NCBI RefSeq assembly: GCF_963921235.1
Contig: NC_086118.1
Span: 24,244,001 to 24,308,000 of the forward strand
Length of the DNA: 64,000 nt
From: Mobula hypostoma
Lineage: Eukaryota
Reading direction: 5' to 3'
The notes under the pieces were generated by a model. It worked only from the letters and a program-made list of their open reading frames with translations. It ran no database searches and was not told the DNA's origin. Shown piece after piece: positions 1 to 13,122 of the stretch. The first letter of the stretch is position 1. Each line of letters opens with the position of its first letter. The position numbers were made by a program, and so were the translations under genes.

Positions 1-941
1 ACATCTTTCCCTCCCCCCCCCACTTTCCGCAAGGATCGCTCCCTACGTGAGTCCCTTGTCCATTCGTCCCCCCCATCCCTCTCCACTGATCTCCCTCCTG
101 GCACTTATCCTTGTAAGCAGAACAAGTGCTACACATGCCCTTACACTTCCTCCCTTACCACCATTCAGGACACCAGACAGTCCTTCCAGGTGAGGCGACA
201 CTTCACCTGTGAGTCGGCTGGGATTATATACTGCGTCCGGTGCTCCCGATGTGGCCTTCTATATATTGGCAAGACCTGATGCAGACCGGGAGATCGCTTT
301 GCTGAACACCTATGCTCTGTCCGCCAGAGAAAGCAGGATCTCCCAGTGGCCACACATTTTAATTCCACATCCCATTCCCATTCTGACATGTCTATCCACG
401 GCCTCCTCTACTGTAAAGATGAAGCCACACTCAGGTTAGAGGAACAACACCTTATATTCTATCTGGGTAGCCTCCAACCTGATGGCATGAACATTGACTT
501 CTCTAACTTCCGCTAATGGCCCACCTCCCCCTCGTACTCCATCCATTATTTATATACACACATTCTTTCTCTCTCTCTCCTTTTTCTCCCTCTGTCCCTC
601 TGACTATACCCCTTGCCCATCCTCTGGGCTTCCCCCCCCCCTTTTCCTTCTCCCTGGGCATCCTGTCCCATGATCCTCTCATACCCCTTTTGCCAATCAA
701 CTGTCCAGCTGTTGGCTCCATCCCTCCCCCTCCTGTCTTCTCCTGTCATTTTGGATCTCCCCCTCCCTCTCCCACTTTTAAATCTCTTACTAGCTCTTTC
801 TTCAGTTAGTCCTGACGAAGGGTCTCGGCCCGAAACGTCGACTGTACCTCTTCCTAGAGATGCTGCCTGGCCTGCTGCGTTCACCAGCAACTTTGATCTG
901 TGTTGCCTGAATTTCCAGCATCTGCAGAATTCCTTGTGTTT
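1..941 (+). mobile_element. Penelope-like element (Neptune type), 3' part: degenerate GIY-YIG + pseudo-LTR with hammerhead
   Basis: Closely similar to the 3' end of the copies at 8765-10662 and 37012-38800; in-frame stop in the GIY-YIG region; truncated by the window edge. Confidence 0.92.
803..845 (+). ncRNA. Minimal type-I hammerhead ribozyme (PLE pseudo-LTR)
   Basis: AGTC-CTGACGA-agggtctcggccc-GAAA-C-GTC^-GACT: conserved core, stem I AGTC/GACT, stem II GGG/CCC, palindromic ACGT minimal stem III. Predicted cleavage 839/840. Confidence 0.8.
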
Positions 942-1633
942 GATTCTACGAGTCTGACTTTATGACATGCATTTAAATTACTGCAGACTGGACTCTTACT
1001 ACCTTCTAAAGGATGTGGGGAAATGGAATGGCGTGCAAGGCATTGTGTGCCTAAATGCTGCAAATTCCAAATTCCATGCTTCACCACATTTTAGAAGCAA
1101 GTGATAAGCACAGACTTACTTGCATGCTCCTCCTTCATGGTGAGTGCTCTTAAAGTGATTGGGAATCATCACTTCATATTAGGCCTGAATTATAATCTCT
1201 AAACCAGGGACAGGAGTCACCAATGGGGCAAACTTCAAGCAATGCAGAAACAAGGTAGTGTTTGGGACCTCCCCTCCTCTTGAGCCCAGGGAAACCCAAT
1301 CCATTGGTGAGGATTCAATGGATAGCTTCAGTTGTAGACCCCTGCCCATTTCTCTAATAAGAATGGCTTTAGCAGGTTCAAGAGGCTCTTTATTCTCTTG
1401 CAAAGCCCTGCTCGAAGAGACTTTCAGCTCTATGAATGCTCTAATGTTTCAGCAGTTGCGTTTTGTAAGTATTTTATCAGTTTCAGATAATCAGCAATTT
1501 AAACTTATATATCTCACATTCCCAGGATCTGAAGTTCTTTTACCCTCCAAATCCCTCTGTTGGAAATTAAAGAATAAAGAAAATTAACATTCATTCTCTT
1601 CTAACTGGATATTCCATTGATCTAATGTCTTTA

Positions 1634-2460
1634 TAGAACATAGAATAGTACAGCACAGTACAGGCCCTTCAGCCCACAATGTTGTGCCAACCCTCAAACC
1701 CTGCCTCCCATATAAGCCCCACCTTAAATTCCTCCATATACCTGTCTAGTAGTCTCTTAAACTTCACTAGTGTATCTGCCTCCACCACTGACTCAGGCAG
1801 TGCATTCCACGCACCAACCACTCTCTGAGTAAAAAACCTTCCTATATTATCCCCCTTGAACTTCCCACCCCTTACCTTAAAGCCATGTCCTCTTGTATTG
1901 AGCAGTGGTGCCCTGGGGAAGAGGCGCTGGCTATCCACTCTATCTATTCCTCTTATCATCTTGTATACCTCTATCATGTCTCCTCTCATCCTCCTTCTCT
2001 CCAAAGAGTAAAGCCCTAGCTCCCTTAATCTCTGATCATAATGCATACTTTCTAAACCAGGCAGCATCCTGGTAAATCTCCTCTGTACCCTTTCCAATGC
2101 TTCCACATCCTTCCTATAGAGAGGTGACCAGAACTGGACACAATACTCCAAGTGTGGCCTAACCAGAGTTTTATAGAGCTGCATCATTACATCGCGACTC
2201 TTAAACTCTATCCCTTGACTTATGAAAGCTAACACCCCATAAGCTTTCTTAACTACCCTATCCACCTGTGAGGCAACTTTCAGGGATCTGTGGACATGTA
2301 CCCCGAGATCCCTCTGCTCTTCCACACTACCAAGTATCCTGCCATTTACTTTGTACTCTGCCTTGGAGTTTGTCCTTCCAAAGTGTACCACCTCACACTT
2401 CTCCGGGTTGAACTCCATCTGCCACTTCTCAGCCCACTTCTGCATCCTATCAATGTCTCT
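1634..2460 (-). mobile_element. CR1 LINE, 5'-truncated (RT C-terminal region open, 258 aa)
   Basis: WQMEFNPEKC, LVRPHLEYCVQFWSP, RRMRGDMIEVYK and TRGHGFK motifs; short-repeat 3' tail (ctatgttctat). Confidence 0.93.
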
Positions 2461-3230
2461 TTAATAGTTTCTTTTACCCTGCTTAATAATCTCCTCAGTC
2501 ATTTACTCTCCTCTGTCCTCCAAATTATAACAAACCTCTATTTGAGCACCCTCCAGACTTAAGCTTGTCTATCCCAACTTTCCTCATTTCTGGTCAGTTA
2601 TTAAGCATTGCATTTTGGATTTAGGAATTTAAAAACGTTTAAATCCTGTAACAAGACCAGCAACAACAATATCTTCAAGATAATGAGCCAATGAGTGCTT
2701 ATTTCCCTCTACAGATGCTGCCTGACCTGTTGAGTTCCTCCAGAATCTTGTACATGTTGCACTAGCTCTCCCATCTCCTTTGTATACTCTGCCTCATTGA
2801 CTGAGATCCAGTCAACTACAGAGGTGCCATCTGAGAACTTGTAGATGGAGTTACAACAGATTTTGGCCACACAGTCATGAGTGTATAAGGAGTCAATTGT
2901 TGAGAATAATCATAGCCACAAATTTTGCCATCTATCCTTATTGATTGTGAAATAGATGCTAGGATATCGCTGTCATATGATAGCAGTCTTTTGCTTCATT
3001 CTCTAAAACATTCTCTAATTTGGTGTACTTACCATCCCAAAGCACTTCACAGAATGTATTCAGACAACAAAGAATGTTAAGCTACAGAAGGGAATCATTA
3101 GAGAACATATGGAAAGGTGATTATGAGGAAGATATTAAGGAAGAGAAGGAGATGGACCTTTGATGAAGGAACTCAGGAGTATAAACATAGACAGTTAAGA
3201 GATCTAATTGCCAATAATGACAGACTATAC

Positions 3231-4213
3231 ACACAATGGCCACTTTATTACGTATCTCCTTGACCTAATAAAAGTGTCACTGAGTATGTGTCCATGGTGT
3301 TCTGCTGCTGTAGCCCTTCCAGTTCAAGGTATGAAGTGTCGTGTATTCAGAAATGCTCTTCTGCACACTGTTGTTGTAAACCATGAGTTACTGTCACCTT
3401 CCTTTCTTTTTCAATCTTTTTATTAGTTTCATAAAATATAAACATAACATAATAGTAATACAAAGTTATTGGGAATACATTGTTATAATTAACATGAGTA
3501 ATTATAAAACCTTAAAATACTTAATTGACGAAACTCCCAATCATATAGGATACCAATGAATAATACAGAACAAAGAGAAATATCTAGACAAAAATCGTGA
3601 AAAAGGAAAAAAAATATAATAACCCTCCCCCCAAAAAACTAATCTAAACAGAATTAATCAACTAAACTGAAAAAAAAAAGACCTGGGCTGTTTTAACATC
3701 GTAAAAAATGGGAGAAATGAAAAATCGTAGTGTCGACGACTCCGTTCCTCTCAACCAACATTACAGAGAAGTAAAATAAGTTTGGAAATGGTCAAATTAC
3801 GTCATATGAAAATGCTGTCACCTTTCTGTCAGCTTGAACTAGTCTGGCCATTCTTCTCTGACCTCTCTCACTAACAAGGCATCTTTCCCCACAGACCTGC
3901 TGCTAACTAGATGTTTTTTTGTTTCTCAAACATTCTCTGCAAACTCCAGAGACTGGTGTGCATAAAAATCCCAGGAGATCAGCAGCTTCTGAGATACTCA
4001 AACTACCCATCTAGCACCAACAATCATTCCACAGTCAAAGTCACTTAGATCACATTTCTTCCCCATTCTGATGCTTGGTCTGAACAACAACTGAACCTCA
4101 AGACCACAGCCGCATGCTTTTATGCATTGAGTTGCTACCACATGATTGGCTGATTACATATTTCTATTAATGAGCAGGTGTACAGGTGAACCTAATAAAG
4201 TGGCCTCTGAGAG
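3231..4213. mobile_element. Tc1/mariner-like non-autonomous element interrupted by an L1-like 3' fragment
   Basis: Terminal inverted repeats tggccactttatta ... taataaagtggcc; insertion at 3404-3814. Confidence 0.7.
3404..3814 (-). mobile_element. L1/Tx1-like LINE 3' end
   Basis: AATAAA plus an A-rich tail on the minus strand; 13-bp TSD ctgtcacctt(c/t)ct at 3391-3403 and 3815-3827. Confidence 0.7.
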
Positions 4214-5102
4214 TTCACTAAAGGCCAGAAATGGAGAAAAGGAGGAGTGGAATAGATTTTAATACAACTTGATGTCACAAAGACAGCGGGGGTTAAAGCC
4301 CATTAATGAATTTAAACTACAAGAGGAACAGGCTGACTGGAATAGTACAGTCCTGATGAAGGGACTAGGCCCGAAAAGTTTATTCCCCCCAATATTTACT
4401 GTCTTACTTACTGAGTTCCTCCAGCATTTTTGTGTGTGTTGCTCAAGACTTCAAGCATCTGCAATGTTTCTTGTGTTTATTGTATTGGAATTATAGTCTG
4501 TAGCTGATCCAGCTAAGAATGGAAGTCGAGTAAATATGGAATTTAATCAGAGAAATGCCCATCAACAATTAACTTATACATAATTTTATAAGTGTCTGTG
4601 CCCTAAATGAATGAAAAAAACACTCAGATCAGAGAGTTGAACCAGTAAAGTTGGAAGTTAAGAATTTCTATCGTAATGAAACTAAATATGCTGGAAAAAC
4701 TCAGCATTAGTGCAAAGAAAAATGGTCATCATTTCAGGCCTGGGATCCTTCATCAGACTTTGCCTGTGCTGCTGAGTTTTTCTAGCTTTTTCTGTCTTTG
4801 TCCAGCTATCTAGCACCTGTAGATTTTTTAAAAATTGATTAACATTGTAGATGCCTAATTACAATTTCACAGGATTTAATCAATTCTAACCCAACTCAGA
4901 AATGTCAAAATAAAATCTGGTGCAGTTTGTGATGTATAAATTTCATTTTTATATGAGGCGTCAACCATATAAATCATTGCCTGGTGCTATACAATAGAAG
5001 CTTTACTACTAGTGTTTACCTCAGCAACATCAGCTCAGTATAGTTAACACCGAAAATTACAGGCAATAGTGACGAATTGCTTTCAGAATCCATCATGAAT
5101 GT

Positions 5103-5108
5103 TTTATT
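5103..5108 (-). terminator. Candidate TEKT3 polyadenylation signal (AATAAA)
   Basis: AATAAA on the minus strand ~700 nt downstream of the stop codon; no transcript evidence. Confidence 0.4.
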
Positions 5109-5806
5109 TTGTATTTGATACAAGTTGCAAGATAAACACTGTAACAACCTTAACATTGTTAATGTTTTTTCATCAAATCTATAATGAGAATGCAGTCACT
5201 TTAGGAAGCCAACTTGTTTTGAACACTAGCAAACAATTGACATCAGTCACAGTGTAAAACAGGGGAAGATGGTTTTCACAGCATAGTTTTTTGATTATTA
5301 TAAGCTTCTGCAAGGACAGAGAATCAAAAGGAGGCCATTCAATTGTTAAAAAAGAGACCAATTTCAAAATTCTTCCTTTCAAGTATATATCCAACACTTC
5401 TGTGAAAACTACAACGGGTATCTATATTAAAGCAATGATTATTTGTTTAAGGGGTTGGTATGCTTTGCGTAAAAATCAAAGGTGATCAGCAACTTGTGTG
5501 AAATAATCCAGGTGAGCTGATTACATTGTACCAATATTCCTTTAAAAGATTTAATCTATGAGATATGGAGCACCCATAAAGAAAACAATTCAGTGTTGAT
5601 GTTGAATTTTAGTTTCTATTTTGTCAAAAGATCATTACTCAGTGATATCTGCAATTGTGAGTTACACCGCTTTGAAACTCAGTAAGGACCTACTGCAAGT
5701 TCCCACACCAGGGCAGCAGTCTAAATATGATTATAAGCCATTGTACTCACGATGATGCATAGTAAATTTCATTCAGTGTAAAATAAAGTAAGTACTGATT
5801 CAATCT

Positions 5807-6133
<327 letters not shown>

Positions 6134-8224
6134 CTATATTATTTGTCAGTTGCTTATCATTGCTATGACATCTGTTATTTACGTTTGTATTTCTTGTCCT
6201 GATTGAAGTGCACTGTGAATACTATTTCATTTTTATTCACAGTTTTGTCATCCTTCCAATTATTGTGCATGAATAGTACTCCCATTTCAATCATGAACTT
6301 CAGTTGTGACTATAAAACGCTGGAAAAATCTTCATAATTTTTGCAAGAAGAAATATTCCATAACCATATAGATGAAAATAAGTGAAGAAATCTTATACGA
6401 AATGAATCACATTTCAAGGTCAGCTCAGTTACTGCAAGCAAGAAGATCCATTCTATTTATCACCAACAATGTATTTCATTGAAACCTCTTTCAACTTTTA
6501 TGGTCACAGAAATGTAAACTAATATGAACAGACAGAGCTAAAATCAATGCAGGCTTGTTGACCTGTAATATCAAAACCTGTTTTTCTCTCTCTAAAGATG
6601 CTGAATATTTATTACACTTTCTGTTATACTTCAGATTTCTTGCATTTGCGATTTCTCTAGTCCTTCAGCATTAACCTGGCTATAACTTTTATCACATACA
6701 GAGCACTTAAGATAAAAGACAGGTTGTCCTGAACAGGCAAGCAAAGAACAAAAGAAAGCAAGACTCTGGATAATAAATATTGAAATGGATTTTCAATGTT
6801 AGAAAAAGAAAAAGGTTAGAAAAAGAACTTTATCACAAGTGGTCAGTTTTCAGTTTATCATCACTGAAAGCTTTTCATAGAAAAAAAAAGTTCTTTTCTG
6901 TTGCACACTAAGTCAATGCTTTAACTTAATTCTATCAAAATTTATTTCAAGTAAAATAATAAAAGTTATGGGCTGTTCAGTATATTTAAGAGTTATCTTG
7001 TCGTAGTTCTGAGTGCATCGATATGTAAAATTTAGCATGTTTTTTGGATTCTGATAAACCTCATTTGCTCTCCATCCAGATGAAGCCAAATACCATGCAT
7101 GTTCATTGCACGGTTTAAAGTTACAGAATATACTAACAACAGTAGAGATTTCATGGTCTGAGGAACTCATAAGGTATGCTCTCATATTTACTATCCTTTG
7201 TGTCCTTCATTTATTACTTGTCTGTTGGTCAAAGTGGAAAATAAAAGCACAAAGTAATTCTCAAATAATAATATCAGAGAGTATTTTAATGTTTACAACA
7301 TTTTATGTCATAAAAAATATTTTCAGATATTAAAGGCGAAGCTGAAGATGCCTTACCCCAATGAATTTAATGAACTATTTGAAGGTATTCTTTTCCTTTC
7401 CTTATGTCCCATGCTGTATATTTTCACCTCCAGACAGTGTTTGGAAGATAGCTGTCTAAACAGGGAACTAGTTTCACTAAACAAGGGAGTCTCTCAGCGT
7501 TGTCATTAAGGATCATTTGCATGCCAAGTAGAAATATTTCTTTTAAAGTTCAGTCAGGCTTCAGTCTTTTGTGGACATGCCATGTATGAAATATTTTGAA
7601 AAACTGCCAGGTTGCTGTGTTCATAGCAACAGTTTCTATGTTTGTTACAGCTACATTGCAGTTGTATCACCTTCATACCATTTCCACGTTTTTACAATAA
7701 ACACTTCACAATGGACTCAGTAACAAACCGATGTCTCAAGATTACACAATGGGGCCAAAGCCAGGCTGCTTAAAACCATGGGAGGAAGCTGCCAGGTGGC
7801 GCGGAAGCTCAGGATTTATGTAGTTATTAGGGAGCAATTTACCAATGATTAGACACCTATAAGTACATTTTAATAGATGAGTCAGAGAAGGAATTCTGAT
7901 GTCACTAATGAAGGGTGAACAGCACTTTGACTCAAAGTAAATCCCTTTGTGGTGTACCACAAATGCCTTGTAACAATAATTCTGATAGGTGTTTTGAACA
8001 GATCAACAAAGCAACCCCAGCATCTTGCTGGAAAATGTACTATTCAGTATGGCATGAAACAATGAGAGGGAGAAAGGTCTAATATTTGATTCTCTGTCCA
8101 TGGTCTAAGATTAGTTTTGCCAAATAAGCATTGAAACATACAGTGAAATGTGTTGCTTGCATCAAATTCAATCAGCAAGTATTGCACTGGGCAGCTTGCA
8201 ATGGTTTCCACATTCCCTTTGCCA

Positions 8225-8400
8225 ACATAGCATGCCGACAATTCACTAAACCTAACCATACATCTTTGGAATGTGGGGGGAAATGGGGCTGCCAGAGGAA
8301 ACTATGCAGGAGAACATGAACGCTTGTCACAGATAGCAGCAGGATTTGAACCCCGATCTTACAGCTGCTGCTGTAAAGTGTTGTGCTAACCGTTCCACTA
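8225..8400 (-). mobile_element. tRNA-derived SINE (V-SINE/HE1-like), decayed
   Basis: Minus strand reads GGTTAGCAC ... GGGGTTCAAATCC (A/B-box-like), then a V-domain-like TTTCCTCTGG...CCACATTCCAAAGA segment. Confidence 0.65.
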
Positions 8401-8868
8401 AGGTATCGCCTCACTAACAAGAGATCTCTACCAGGATGGCAGTATGGGTTCCATATTTGTCTAGACACTATGAAGGAAGAGGAAGCAATCAAATTAGAGC
8501 TCTTGCTTGATATTGCACTGCACTTAATACAAATCTTTAAAGTAAGAACTTTGAGAGGCAATCAAACTCGAAATCAAAGAGCTTGCTGATATTTATTGCA
8601 TAAACTCACACAAGAACTACTATCACCTAGGTAAACAGCTAAGTAAGATAAGAAATAAAGAGAATGAGAGAGTGGATTTCAGGAAAGTTACTTTCTAGTT
8701 GCCGAGCTTTATAAGTCAGTTTATAAATGGCCACGTTGATTTTTACTTGAATGACCTGTTTAAGTAAACGTCAACAACAGGAATTCTGCAGATGCTGGAA
8801 ATTCAAGCAACACACATCAAAGTTGCTGGTGAACGCAGCAGGCCAAGCAGCATCTATAGGAAGAGGCG

Positions 8869-8910
8869 CAGTCGACGTTTCAGGCTGAGACCCTTCGTCA
8901 GGACTAACTG
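8869..8910 (-). ncRNA. Minimal type-I hammerhead ribozyme, sense to TEKT3 pre-mRNA
   Basis: AGTC-CTGACGA-AGGgtctcagCCT-GAAA-CGTC^GACT; predicted cleavage 8874/8873. Confidence 0.8.
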
Positions 8911-9197
8911 AAGGAAGAGCGAGTAAGGGATTTGAAAGCTGGAGGGGGAGGGGGAGATGCAAAATGATAGGAGAAGACAGGAGGGGGAGGGATAGAGCCG
9001 AGAGCTGGACAGGTGATAGGCAGAAGGGGATACGAGAGGATCATGGGACAGGAGGTCCGGGAAGAAAGACGGGGGGGGGTGACCCAGAGGATGGGCAAGA
9101 GGTATATTCAGAGGGACAGAGGGAGAAAAAGGAGAGTGAGAGAAAGAATGTGTGCATAAAAATGAGTAACAGATGGGGTACGAGGGGGAGGTGGGGC

Positions 9198-10559
9198 CTA
9201 GCGGAAGTTAGAGAAGTCAATGTTCATGCCATCAGGTTGGAGGCTACCCAGACGGAATATAAGGTGTTGTTCCTCCAACCTGAGTGTGGCTTCATCTTTA
9301 CAGTAGAGGAGGCCGTGGATAGACATGTCAGAATGGGAATGGGATGTGGAATTAAAATGTGTGGCCACTGGGAGATCCTGCTTTCTCTGGCGGACAGAGC
9401 GTAGATGTTCAGCAAAGCGGTCTCCCAGTCTGCGTCGGGTCTCACCAATATATAAAAGGCCACATCGGGAGCACCGGACGCAGTATATCACCCCAGTCGA
9501 CTCACAGGTGAAGTGATGCCTCACCTGGAAGGACTGTTTGGGGCCCTGAATGGTGGTAAGGGAGGAAGTGTAAGGGCATGTGTAGCACTTGTTCCGCTTA
9601 CACGGATAAGTGCCAGGAGGGAGATCAGTGGGGAGGGATGGGGGGGACGAATGGACAAGGGAGTTGTGTAGGGAGCGATCCCTGCGGAATGCAGAGAGAG
9701 GGGGGGAGGGAAAGATGTGCTTAGTGGTGGGATCCCGTTGGAGGTGGCGGAAGTTACGGAGAATAATATGTTGGACCCGGAGGCTGGTGGGGTGGTAGGT
9801 GAGGACCAGGGGAACCCTATTCCTAGTGGGGTGGTGGGAGGATGGAGTGAGAGCAGATGTACGTGAAATGGGGGAGATGCGTTTAAGAGCAGAGTTGATA
9901 GTGGAGGAAGGGAAGCCCCTTTCTTTAAAAAATGAAGACATCTCCCTCGTCCTAGAATGAAAAGCCTCATCCTGAGAGCAGATGCGGCGGAGACGGAGGA
10001 ATTGCGAGAAGTGGATGGCGTTTTTGCAAGAGACAGGGTGAGAAGAGGAATAGTCCAGATAGCTGTGAGAGTCAGTAGGCTTATAGTAGACATCAGTGGA
10101 TAAGCTGTCTCCAGAGACAGAGACAGAAAGATCTAGAAAGGGGAGGGAGGTGTCGGAAATGGACCAGGTAAACTTGAGGGCAGGGTGAAAGTTGGAGGCA
10201 AAGTTAATAAAGTCAACGAGTTCTGCATGCGTGCAGGAAGCAGCGCCAATGCAGTCGTCGATGTAGCGAAGGAAAAGTGGGGGACAGATACCAGAATAGG
10301 CACGGAACATAGATTGTTCCACAAAGCCAACAAAAAGGCAGGCATAGCTAGGACCCATACGGGTGCCCATAGCTACACCTTTAGTTTGGAGGAAATGGGA
10401 GGAGCAAAAGGAGAAATTATTAAGAGTAAGGACTAATTCCGCTAGACGGAGCAGAGTGGTGGTAGAGGGGAACTGATTAGGTCTGGAATCCAAAAAGAAG
10501 CGTAGAGCTTTGAGACCTTCCTGATGGGGGATGGAAGTATATAAGGACTGGACATCCAT
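9198..10559 (-). CDS. PLE reverse transcriptase (partial) + Cys-rich linker + GIY-YIG endonuclease, 453 aa open
   Basis: Motifs MDVQSLYTSIP, QTKGVAMGTRMGPSYA, RYIDD, FLDL, YYKPTDSH, CKRNKCYTC and VIYCVRCSRCGLLYIGET. The frame stays open upstream to ~10660 (PLVQSLPTYVRDT). Confidence 0.93.
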   Translation of the reverse strand: MDVQSLYTSIPHQEGLKALRFFLDSRPNQFPSTTTLLRLAELVLTLNNFSFCSSHFLQTKGVAMGTRMGPSYACLFVGFVEQSMFRAYSGICPPLFLRYIDDCIGAASCTHAELVDFINFASNFHPALKFTWSISDTSLPFLDLSVSVSGDSLSTDVYYKPTDSHSYLDYSSSHPVSCKNAIHFSQFLRLRRICSQDEAFHSRTREMSSFFKERGFPSSTINSALKRISPISRTSALTPSSHHPTRNRVPLVLTYHPTSLRVQHIILRNFRHLQRDPTTKHIFPSPPLSAFRRDRSLHNSLVHSSPPSLPTDLPPGTYPCKRNKCYTCPYTSSLTTIQGPKQSFQVRHHFTCESTGVIYCVRCSRCGLLYIGETRRRLGDRFAEHLRSVRQRKQDLPVATHFNSTSHSHSDMSIHGLLYCKDEATLRLEEQHLIFRLGSLQPDGMNIDFSNFR

Positions 10560-11574
10560 GGTGAAAATAAAGCGGTGGGGGCCAGGGAACTTAAAATCAT
10601 CGAAAAGTTTAAGAGCGTGAGAAGTGTCACGAACATAGGTCGGAAGGGATTGAACAAGGGGTGATCAGCAGTTTTCAGCGGCTTAGACGACAACATCAGG
10701 AAGAATTTGGAATGCAACCCAATTGCATCTCATGGTGATATTCTCTCTCTGAGGGATTAATTTTAAAGGTACAAGGAAAGTCTAGAAAGATAAGAATTGC
10801 ATTTTAAACCTCTGTTCAATGAATGAACAGAACTGCAAAATATCAGATTATGTAGTATGCTATTACTGATTGACTCTTCCTCTCCTTAAGTTAATTACAC
10901 TTCACACCCACACCGAACCAGTTGAGCAATAATAACTCTGAGCTGCTACAAAAGCATGCATAATAGGGTATGATCTGACTCATCTCTGAAATGTGTCTTT
11001 TATAATCAATGCACCATTAAGTAGTTTGAAGAATATTTAACTTGCTTGGTTAAAAAATGATGGACATCCTTTCCTTTGTAAATATGACTAAATTTCTGGA
11101 AGTCTAATTAGAATATTTCTACATTATTGATTGTGGGTGATTGTGCCAACATACTCAGTATGAAATTTGTAGCCGAGTCTGACAGCCACTGCTGCACAAC
11201 TTGTGCTACCATAGGGTCTTCGCTCACTCCTTGCTTCACTGCTCCTGCTAGGCTCCTCGCCCAGCAGCCCTGCATGACAACTGGTAATAAAAGTGATCAC
11301 ACCCATTAGAATATCAGGCCCTAATGAGTTTGCACTCTGGCCAAAGAGGTGGTGTCACTGCCTGAAGGCAGTGTTGTCCAACTGATGATGCAATTCATCT
11401 CTCCTGATTGTACTATTAACGAATGACATTCGAAATCCTATTGAGGGTTACTAAAGGGAGATTTCTTCATGTGATCTATGTAAAGCATGCAAAAGTACCT
11501 TCAAACATAGACCTGTATTGAAGAACTATTCTATTCTACCCTTTTGAACTACGTAAGCCATTTTATTGTAAGGT

Positions 11575-12250
11575 GGGAGGAGAAGACGGCGGCGCGACGC
11601 AGCTCGCAGCGGCCACTCTGGTGAATGATATCTGTTATCTGTCAAGTAGGGTGCCATGCACAACCCTGATTTGATGGAGAAAGACGTGAGGGCACGGAGG
11701 AACATCTGTAAAACTTCTGAAATGCCTGCTTTGCTGCCACTGCTACTGTGTGATCCAGAATCTCCGGAGGGGAAGGCCCCGAGTCCTCAGCTTTGCTTGT
11801 TGTTCGGCGGCCGGGTTGGGGTCGAAGCGCTCGGCAGAGATGGTGCTCGGTGCTCGGTGTCGGAGGGCTGGTTGGAGGTTTGAAGTTTTCGGATGGACTC
11901 AGGGTCGGCTGCGGTCAGGTGCTTCCAATGCATCGGCAAGTTTGCAGCGCTTGGAGTTCATGGCAGGGAGAGTTTCTCCCTTCTACCATCTGTGTGAGAT
12001 GATGGGACTATCAGGACTTGAGACATTTTTTTACCGTGCCCATGACTGCTCTTTATCAAATTACAGTATTACTTTGCACTGTTGTAACTATATGTTATAA
12101 TTATGTAGTTTTGTCAGCTTTTGTCTTGGTTTATCCTGTGTTTCTGTGATATCTTTCTGGAAGAACACTGTATCATATTTTAATGCATGCATTTCTAAAT
12201 GACAATAAACAAGGACTGACTGTCCTCATAATCTGAGTGTCCTCATAAAT
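11575..12250 (+). mobile_element. Non-autonomous retroposon (GC-rich head, LINE-like tail with AATAAA and short tandem end)
   Basis: Abrupt CpG-rich segment ending in gacaataaac followed by the repeated unit tgtcctcataa. Confidence 0.55.
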
Positions 12251-12699
12251 TGTTTTCTATTTATACGGCATAATTGATGTAAGTAAATTAATAATGACAT
12301 CACCTAGGTAATGATATGGAGGTTTTCCTTTAGTAAATTAATAATGTAAGTGGGGGGGGGGAGAACGAGACAATGAACAGATCGAAGTTGCTTTATGGTT
12401 CTTGTAACTCAATTGCCTGTCAGAATTTTTTTATTCCAGTTTTAAAGGCTTATGAATGCGGCCAATACTTTTTACGGTGATGCAGAAAATCGCATGTTCT
12501 GTATGGCTAGAAAAGGTAATCACTAATCAATAAGGTTAATTTTTTTGAGGAGGTCATGTGATTAGTTCATGATGGTGAACCTTGCAACATCATTGGGCAG
12601 TGCCTCTGAAAAGTGTTTGAAATTTGATAGAATTATATGAAATTAGTAGCCGACAGACATAGTGGATTGAAAGTTAGTGTTATGCTTGTACATATGATG

Positions 12700-13122
12700 T
12701 AATTAAAAGGGACAAAGGCTGGTTACTTGCGCCTTAAAACCAGTCGCTATGGGCAGATGGGCCTCTTCAGTTGTTGTCGGCAGCTCGTGTAGGAGAAGGA
12801 AAACTGACCTCAAACCTTCGCTGCCTTGCAGCTATACCCATTCATAGGGAAGGGTTCAGGAGTAAACGCCAAGGGAAAATTCCCAAGCTGAAGTCCCTAA
12901 GGCAGCCCTACATTGAGTTCACTGCTGACTGTCATTTCCTGCAATGCTGCTGGTATCAAACTTGTATCGGTCTCTGCCATTCCTTTGGGTTCATCAGATG
13001 AGTGGAGAGGGGGAGCTTGCTACACGGGCAACAGCTTACTCTCCATATCGTACTGCCCAGGCTTGTGTATCTAGACAGCTAGGATGCAATATCCATGGTC
13101 AACTCTGACTGACAGAGGCCTG
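12700..13122. mobile_element. RTE-related/SINE-like repeat
   Basis: GC-richer block with repeat-like composition; family assignment is from recollection only. Confidence 0.4.

Larger units (their letters stand above)
8765..10662 (-). mobile_element. Young 5'-truncated Neptune-type Penelope-like element in the last TEKT3 intron
   Basis: Open RT-GIY-YIG frame followed by a pyrimidine-rich 3' pseudo-LTR with a hammerhead core. Confidence 0.95.

Noticed and set aside
503..957. Recurrent 60-190-aa ORFs such as MPILW..., MLVNAAGQAAS... and MSEWEWDVELK...
   Set aside because: These are alternative-frame or antisense readings of PLE copies; they recur only because the repeat recurs.
8330..8400. tRNA gene
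   Set aside because: Only A/B-box-like remnants of a SINE head are present; no cloverleaf could be built.
9198..10559. Selenocysteine recoding as described for some PLE clades
   Set aside because: The young copies have no in-frame TGA and end in TAG/TAA; the TGA in the copy at 1-941 looks like CpG decay of a CGA codon.
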